NCBI GenBank assembly: GCA_045863395.1
Contig: BTVJ01000078.1
Coordinates: 1-34,558, forward strand
From: Myxococcales bacterium
Lineage (GTDB): Bacteria > Myxococcota_A > UBA9042 > JABWCM01 > BTVJ01
Length of the DNA stretch: 34,558 bases
Direction of reading: 5' to 3'
The notes under the pieces were generated by a model. That model did not search any database. It was not told the DNA's origin and saw nothing but the letters and a program-made list of their open reading frames with translations. The first letter of the stretch is position 1. Every line of letters starts with the position of its first letter. The position numbers were made by a program, and so were the translations under genes. Below, piece after piece: positions 26,919 to 34,558 of this stretch.

Positions 26919-29900
26919 GTGCCGACCCCTTCCCCGACTACGAGGGGATTGAGACTTTCCTCCCGCCTCGTAGGCCAATTCCCTACCAGAAGGCAGTGCC
27001 GACCCCTTCCCCGACTACGAGGGGATTGAGACACGGCCTACACGCACCCCCCAGACTTGACGGACGACCTTCTGTGCCGACCCCTTCCCCGACTACGAGG
27101 GGATTGAGACTTTCGACGGTTATGATCCTGGTCGAGATGGTGCAGAATGGCGTGCCGACCCCTTCCCCGACTACGAGGGGATTGAGACTGCAACGCCTTG
27201 TCGAGCCCGTCGAGCCTGCCGCGGTTGGTGCCGACCCCTTCCCCGACTACGAGGGGATTGAGACCGGTCGCGGGCTTGACGTTGATCGACAGGTGGACCC
27301 GTCGGTGCCGACCCCTTCCCCGACTACGAGGGGATTGAGACTTCTCTGCCGCTTCCCGGAAGCTGTCAATTGCATTGTCCGTGCCGACCCCTTCCCCGAC
27401 TACGAGGGGATTGAGACGAGGATGAGGGCCAGGACGGCCAGGGTGAGGTGCAGTCGGGTGCCGACCCCTTCCCCGACTACGAGGGGATTGAGACGGGCGG
27501 GGTCGTGTCGGGCTGGGACGTGTCGGCGCTGGGTGCCGACCCCTTCCCCGACTACGAGGGGATTGAGACGTGCGTGCAGTACCCGTCCCCGTCCGCGTCC
27601 ACGCAGGGCGTGCCGACCCCTTCCCCGACTACGAGGGGATTGAGACTGTCCGATACTATTCGCGTCGGACCCACGCGCCGGAGTTGTGTGCCGACCCCTT
27701 CCCCGACTACGAGGGGATTGAGACCTTCAGGCTCGTGTACCGAAGGTCCGCGCCCGTCAGGTTGTGCCGACCCCTTCCCCGACTACGAGGGGATTGAGAC
27801 GTCCGCGTCCTTCAGGCTCGTGTACCGAAGGTCCGCGCCCGTGCCGACCCCTTCCCCGACTACGAGGGGATTGAGACGGCCAAGTATGCCGCTTTGGTCG
27901 CTGCCCGGAAATCGTCGTGCCGACCCCTTCCCCGACTACGAGGGGATTGAGACAATGAAGACGGCCGGCCCACCTTGACTCCCCAGACTTGAGTGCCGAC
28001 CCCTTCCCCGACTACGAGGGGATTGAGACCCCTGGAGGTCCGCGCCCGACAGGTTTGCACCCGTCAGGGTGCCGACCCCTTCCCCGACTACGAGGGGATT
28101 GAGACCTCAGAGTGCCCAACTCAATAAGCGCGCCGCCGAGCGTTGGAGTGCCGACCCCTTCCCCGACTACGAGGGGATTGAGACTGGTGACCGTCGTCGT
28201 CGCCGGGGTGGTGACCGCCGTCGTGTGCCGACCCCTTCCCCGACTACGAGGGGATTGAGACTGTGACCACGAGGTCACTCATGTTCGCTCGTAGCCACGG
28301 CGTGCCGACCCCTTCCCCGACTACGAGGGGATTGAGACCTCGCCACAGCTTTGCAAACCCCGCTCGCCGGAACCGTTCCCGTGCCGACCCCTTCCCCGAC
28401 TACGAGGGGATTGAGACTTCCACCGCTGCCCGGAAGCTGTCAATTGCATTGTCCTGAATGTGCCGACCCCTTCCCCGACTACGAGGGGATTGAGACACTC
28501 GCCAGCCGCCGCGGCCGCACGAATCTCGTTGCCCAGTGCCGACCCCTTCCCCGACTACGAGGGGATTGAGACGAACGAAAACCGACACTCCCGGCGCGAC
28601 GGTACCGTCCTGTGCCGACCCCTTCCCCGACTACGAGGGGATTGAGACACTATACCGCCCGCGACCCCCCCAAAAATCACAAACGGGATCGGTGCCGACC
28701 CCTTCCCCGACTACGAGGGGATTGAGACTGCCCGTGGCAAATAAAGGTGTCGGAGGTTCGCGCCCTGGGTGCCGACCCCTTCCCCGACTACGAGGGGATT
28801 GAGACAACAAGGTCATCCATGTTCGCGCGCAACCAAGGCCAGAAGGTGCCGACCCCTTCCCCGACTACGAGGGGATTGAGACTGTCCGTCGGGTCCTGTC
28901 ACAACCCAATTGTGGTTTGGTGCCGACCCCTTCCCCGACTACGAGGGGATTGAGACGATGATTTTCTCAACATCTTCCCTTGCGATACCGGCCGAGTGTG
29001 CCGACCCCTTCCCCGACTACGAGGGGATTGAGACCAGTAGCATATGCCGCTTCGGCCGCTGCCCGGAAGTTGTCAGTGCCGACCCCTTCCCCGACTACGA
29101 GGGGATTGAGACTGTGGAACCTCACCCAAGGCCAGAAATTGGCCTCGGTGAAGTGCCGACCCCTTCCCCGACTACGAGGGGATTGAGACTAGCATATCCT
29201 CCCGTGTCCACGTCAACAGACCCTGAGGGGTGCCGACCCCTTCCCCGACTACGAGGGGATTGAGACTACCGACCTTGACTCCCCAAACAGAGCGAATGAC
29301 CTTTTCGAGTGCCGACCCCTTCCCCGACTACGAGGGGATTGAGACAGGTCCACACGCGCCATGGACCACTGGGGCAGAAGGGCTTGTGCCGACCCCTTCC
29401 CCGACTACGAGGGGATTGAGACTCCTATCGTTGTCACACAAGGAATGCAGCCTAGCAACCGGTGCCGACCCCTTCCCCGACTACGAGGGGATTGAGACTA
29501 CATGGCCCTTTGATAGCCTCCAGCTGGTCCACCTTGGACGTGCCGACCCCTTCCCCGACTACGAGGGGATTGAGACCCCAGCCGATAAAGGGCCTACATG
29601 GCCCTTTGATAGCCTGTGCCGACCCCTTCCCCGACTACGAGGGGATTGAGACCGCGACCACGGCGCTCCCGGCGCCGAATGCGGCGCCGGCAGGTGCCGA
29701 CCCCTTCCCCGACTACGAGGGGATTGAGACGCAGCATGGCGCCGCTCCCCTCGTACACGGGGGTGGCGTCCCCGTGCCGACCCCTTCCCCGACTACGAGG
29801 GGATTGAGACTTCTCCTCGAAGCGGGCGTCCTCGATGACAAGGTCGTTGAAGTGCCGACCCCTTCCCCGACTACGAGGGGATTGAGACTTGTTCGACTGC

Positions 29901-32900
29901 CCAGCCGATAAAGGGCCTACATGGCCCTGTGCCGACCCCTTCCCCGACTACGAGGGGATTGAGACTTGCACCTTGCATCTGCGCGCCTGCAAGGATTGCA
30001 GTGCCGACCCCTTCCCCGACTACGAGGGGATTGAGACTCACCGATCGTGAGGTTGATCGGCATCTCCACGTCCTGGTGCCGACCCCTTCCCCGACTACGA
30101 GGGGATTGAGACCAGCGCCCGACCGTCTCCGGCTCCCAGCCAAAGTTGTTGAGTGCCGACCCCTTCCCCGACTACGAGGGGATTGAGACTTCAGCGGCGC
30201 GAAGCCTACCTGTACTTCCCCGAAAACCAGTGTGCCGACCCCTTCCCCGACTACGAGGGGATTGAGACGTCCTTCACGCAGAGGCAGTCCTCGTCCACCT
30301 CTTCGTTGGTGCCGACCCCTTCCCCGACTACGAGGGGATTGAGACGTCCTCCTCGTACCGCCGGCGCCGGGGGGCGTGGCGATGTGCCGACCCCTTCCCC
30401 GACTACGAGGGGATTGAGACTACCCGCGTCCTTCGCGGTCTTTGCCGCTGCCTCGAAATCTGTGCCGACCCCTTCCCCGACTACGAGGGGATTGAGACCG
30501 TTGCCGCAGAGTCCGGGGGTCGTACCGCCGTCGCCGTGTGCCGACCCCTTCCCCGACTACGAGGGGATTGAGACACTTCGAGAACCTGCCTCTTCATCTG
30601 TTGCCTCCGTTGTGTGCCGACCCCTTCCCCGACTACGAGGGGATTGAGACCTTCGCCTTCTTGGCCTCCGCCTTCGCGGCGGCCTCGGCGGCGGGTGCCG
30701 ACCCCTTCCCCGACTACGAGGGGATTGAGACTGACAGCGTCGTCCTCGTCCAGGGTCTCGGCCAGTCGGATCGTGCCGACCCCTTCCCCGACTACGAGGG
30801 GATTGAGACGATCTGGTGCTTGCGCTCCTCCCCGACCGACATACGGCCCAGTGCCGACCCCTTCCCCGACTACGAGGGGATTGAGACTTGCTCGTGTCCG
30901 ACGGGCAGCGCCGGCACTCAGCGAAGTGCCGACCCCTTCCCCGACTACGAGGGGATTGAGACAGCCGGCCTCTGGTCGCGCGACCGGCATGTGCCCGGCG
31001 TGCCGACCCCTTCCCCGACTACGAGGGGATTGAGACGGTGGCCTCTTCGCCGGGCTGGAAAAACGCCCGCAGAGCCCCGTGCCGACCCCTTCCCCGACTA
31101 CGAGGGGATTGAGACTGCCGTCTTGGTGAACCCGGGCGGCGCGGGCTTGAGAGAGGGTGCCGACCCCTTCCCCGACTACGAGGGGATTGAGACTGGCGGC
31201 CGGGGGCGGGCAGGCCTTGGGCAGGGCGGCGATGTGCCGACCCCTTCCCCGACTACGAGGGGATTGAGACTTCCCTGCGGTGTCCATGGTGCGCGGGCCG
31301 GCGTTCCTCCGTGCCGACCCCTTCCCCGACTACGAGGGGATTGAGACGTTGACAAATAATAGGTCCCAACGAGAAGTTACTGCATTGAGTGCCGACCCCT
31401 TCCCCGACTACGAGGGGATTGAGACAACTGCGGCATGAGGGTCGCGGCGACGACGATGGCCAGGCCGTGCCGACCCCTTCCCCGACTACGAGGGGATTGA
31501 GACGAAGGCTCCGAGGGAACGGGCAGGGCTCATCAGGCAGGGGTGCCGACCCCTTCCCCGACTACGAGGGGATTGAGACTTTTGACCAACCCCCGCACAG
31601 CTGGGTCGACCTTTGGTGCCGACCCCTTCCCCGACTACGAGGGGATTGAGACCGGGGTGGCACCGACCGCCGGCGGGACCGCCGGGATCATACGGTGCCG
31701 ACCCCTTCCCCGACTACGAGGGGATTGAGACTAAGTTTCATGGTTTTTCCTCTTTGTCCGCACTCCGTTTTGGTGCCGACCCCTTCCCCGACTACGAGGG
31801 GATTGAGACACGGGAGGGCGGAAGGCACCGCGCGGATTGTTGCAGGAGCGGGTGCCGACCCCTTCCCCGACTACGAGGGGATTGAGACAGGCCGCCTCCG
31901 CCGCCGCCCACCGGGCGGCCTTGATCTCGGTGCCGACCCCTTCCCCGACTACGAGGGGATTGAGACTGTTCGCCCGTCATCGCGTCGCATTTATCCCCGG
32001 CCCAAGTGCCGACCCCTTCCCCGACTACGAGGGGATTGAGACCGTGATGGCCGTCCGTCTGGCCACAGCCCCGCGATCCGCAACGGTGCCGACCCCTTCC
32101 CCGACTACGAGGGGATTGAGACCGTTGCCGCTGGCATGGCCCCCACGGGCAGAGCCAGGAACTGTGCCGACCCCTTCCCCGACTACGAGGGGATTGAGAC
32201 TTCGCCTCGGCCGCCTCGCGCGCGAGCTTGTCGGCCTGGGCCTGGTGCCGACCCCTTCCCCGACTACGAGGGGATTGAGACTCGGCCGCGGGGGCCTTGG
32301 ACGCCCGGCGCTCGGCGCGCTTGTGCCGACCCCTTCCCCGACTACGAGGGGATTGAGACATCAGCGGGAGGCGGTGGCACCGAAGCACCGCCACCACGTG
32401 CCGACCCCTTCCCCGACTACGAGGGGATTGAGACTGGCCGAACGTCTCCGTGAGCATCTTATTGTAGTACCCGAGTGCCGACCCCTTCCCCGACTACGAG
32501 GGGATTGAGACTGCGACGCCTGCTCCAGCGGGAGCCCTCGGTAGGTGACCAGTGCCGACCCCTTCCCCGACTACGAGGGGATTGAGACATACGGCTGTTG
32601 TCGGGTACGCACCAGCCGTCGTGGTCGGTGCCGACCCCTTCCCCGACTACGAGGGGATTGAGACTTGGCAACGGGCGCCTTGACCTCGATCGGGGCAGGG
32701 GGTGCCGACCCCTTCCCCGACTACGAGGGGATTGAGACTTATGGGAACCGCGCCACCCACCGGACCACTACTGCAGGGCGGTGCCGACCCCTTCCCCGAC
32801 TACGAGGGGATTGAGACCTTGCCGTCGCATGCCTCCTTGGTGAGCGCGGCCTCCGTGGGTGCCGACCCCTTCCCCGACTACGAGGGGATTGAGACTAGAT

Positions 32901-34511
32901 GTAGACGCGGACGCCCCAGGGAACACCGTTGACGTAGTGCCGACCCCTTCCCCGACTACGAGGGGATTGAGACGCCCGGCGATTCTCCGGCCATGCGACC
33001 GAGCCGTTGTAGCCAAGTGCCGACCCCTTCCCCGACTACGAGGGGATTGAGACGACTCTGGCCCCTTCCAGGGGCCGACCTCATCGTGGCGGCGTGCCGA
33101 CCCCTTCCCCGACTACGAGGGGATTGAGACGCCAGGAACTCTTTGACCAGCGCCAGCACAGCGCGGTCGAGTGCCGACCCCTTCCCCGACTACGAGGGGA
33201 TTGAGACGTTGACACACTCCGTCCTGCCTCGGGCCGTCGCCAGCAAGTGCCGACCCCTTCCCCGACTACGAGGGGATTGAGACGGGGAACCCGCCCCCCC
33301 TGAGCCAGTCCCGAAGGGCCGTCGTGCCGACCCCTTCCCCGACTACGAGGGGATTGAGACGTGCAGGCCTCCTGCGTGACCGCCGCGGCCTTGGCCTCCT
33401 GTGCCGACCCCTTCCCCGACTACGAGGGGATTGAGACCTGCCCGTTGACGCAGGACTCGAGGCCGTCGCACAGATCCGTGCCGACCCCTTCCCCGACTAC
33501 GAGGGGATTGAGACTCGACGAGTTGTAGGGGGTGAGCGAGCTGAGTCGGGAAGTGCCGACCCCTTCCCCGACTACGAGGGGATTGAGACAGGGGAGCGAG
33601 CCGCGTGTGGGCTCGGGTTGTTGCTTTCCGGTGCCGACCCCTTCCCCGACTACGAGGGGATTGAGACTCGAGGATGTTGCCGATCGCGTTGCGCGCCCAG
33701 CCGATGGAGTGCCGACCCCTTCCCCGACTACGAGGGGATTGAGACAACACGGACGCGAGGGCCTGCGTCAGCGAGAAGGGCTTGTGCCGACCCCTTCCCC
33801 GACTACGAGGGGATTGAGACTACGCCGCCCTCTCGTCGTCGCGCTGCTTGGCCCGGCACAGTGCCGACCCCTTCCCCGACTACGAGGGGATTGAGACGAA
33901 CGCCTCGCGGCGTACCGCCTCGACCAGAAGCGCATGGTGCCGACCCCTTCCCCGACTACGAGGGGATTGAGACATGCCCAGCCATGGCCTCAGGATGAAC
34001 TGGTGAGTCGAGTCGTGCCGACCCCTTCCCCGACTACGAGGGGATTGAGACCCGGACTCGATGACGCCGAGGTCACCACCGCCGGTTCCCCCGTGTGCCG
34101 ACCCCTTCCCCGACTACGAGGGGATTGAGACTGAGCTTCTTGGGCGGGATCTGGACGGTGGCGACCGGCAGCGTGCCGACCCCTTCCCCGACTACGAGGG
34201 GATTGAGACTCGATGATAGACTCTTCGTCCATCTTCCCAGACTCGTGTGCCGACCCCTTCCCCGACTACGAGGGGATTGAGACCAGTGCAGCGGGGAGAG
34301 GGCCACGTTGAAGTGCCAGGAGTGCCGACCCCTTCCCCGACTACGAGGGGATTGAGACCGCTCGTGAGGAGCGGGAGGAGGGAGGTAACCAACTGAGTGC
34401 CGACCCCTTCCCCGACTACGAGGGGATTGAGACCGGCGCTGGGGCCGGCGTCGTCCTCGGGCCAGTCGGCGTCCGTGCCGACCCCTTCCCCGACTACGAG
34501 GGGATTGACAG
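26919..34511 (+). CRISPR. CRISPR array, 37-bp repeat GTGCCGACCCCTTCCCCGACTACGAGGGGATTGAGAC, 99 repeats / 98 spacers of about 35-44 bp (manual count)
   Basis: Repeats appear invariant, with a period of about 77 bp. Hairpin TCCCC/GGGGA; 3' 8-mer ATTGAGAC is the crRNA 5' tag. The last copy (34475) ends in ATTGACAG, marking the trailer end and the + orientation. Confidence 0.99.
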
Positions 34512-34558
34512 GGTCGCGTAGAATAAGCAGGAGGTGGGGAGCCCCCACCGTGGAAGGG

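Noticed and set aside
30113..30152. Spacer whose antisense translation NNFGWEPETVGR recalls the FGW motif of RNA-phage maturation proteins
   Set aside because: A three-residue match is too weak to claim an RNA-phage target without a search.
32512..32551. Spacer sharing 17 nt (CGACGCCTGCTCCAGCG) with 26392-26408, possible self-targeting
   Set aside because: The match covers under half of the spacer, the flanks diverge, and the sequence is GC-rich; it is not convincing as a protospacer.
26843..34548. Dozens of ORFs with repeated PTPSPTTRGLR / ADPFPDYEGIET / LNPLVVGEGVG peptides
   Set aside because: They are translations of the CRISPR repeat, not genes.

Overview
A GC-rich window, probably from a Myxococcota/deltaproteobacterial genome (inferred from Asp-Ala-Gly-rich lipoprotein linkers). 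It holds a complete type III-B CRISPR-Cas locus. On the minus strand is the effector operon cas6-cas10/cmr2 (no HD domain, GGDD intact)-cmr3-cmr1-cmr4-cmr5-cmr6, followed by an AAA ATPase. Four unrelated envelope genes come next. On the plus strand is the adaptation operon cas6 - CRISPR-associated primase-polymerase (CAPP) - cas1 - cas2 - a reverse transcriptase fused to a second, apparently catalytically dead CAPP module. Three accessory genes follow: an RNase H-like/DUF3800-TPR protein, an APE2256-type CARF protein and a multi-pass membrane protein. The window ends with a leader and an array of 99 repeats and 98 spacers (manual count). Three things stand out: (1) an active CAPP paired with an RT-pseudo-CAPP paralogue; (2) uncharacterised candidate effectors for a Cas10 that lacks an HD domain; (3) many spacers that are antisense to coding sequence and hit the same short protein segments in divergent variants, enough to reconstruct parts of an invader protein from the array. 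All assignments come from reading motifs by eye; no database search was run.
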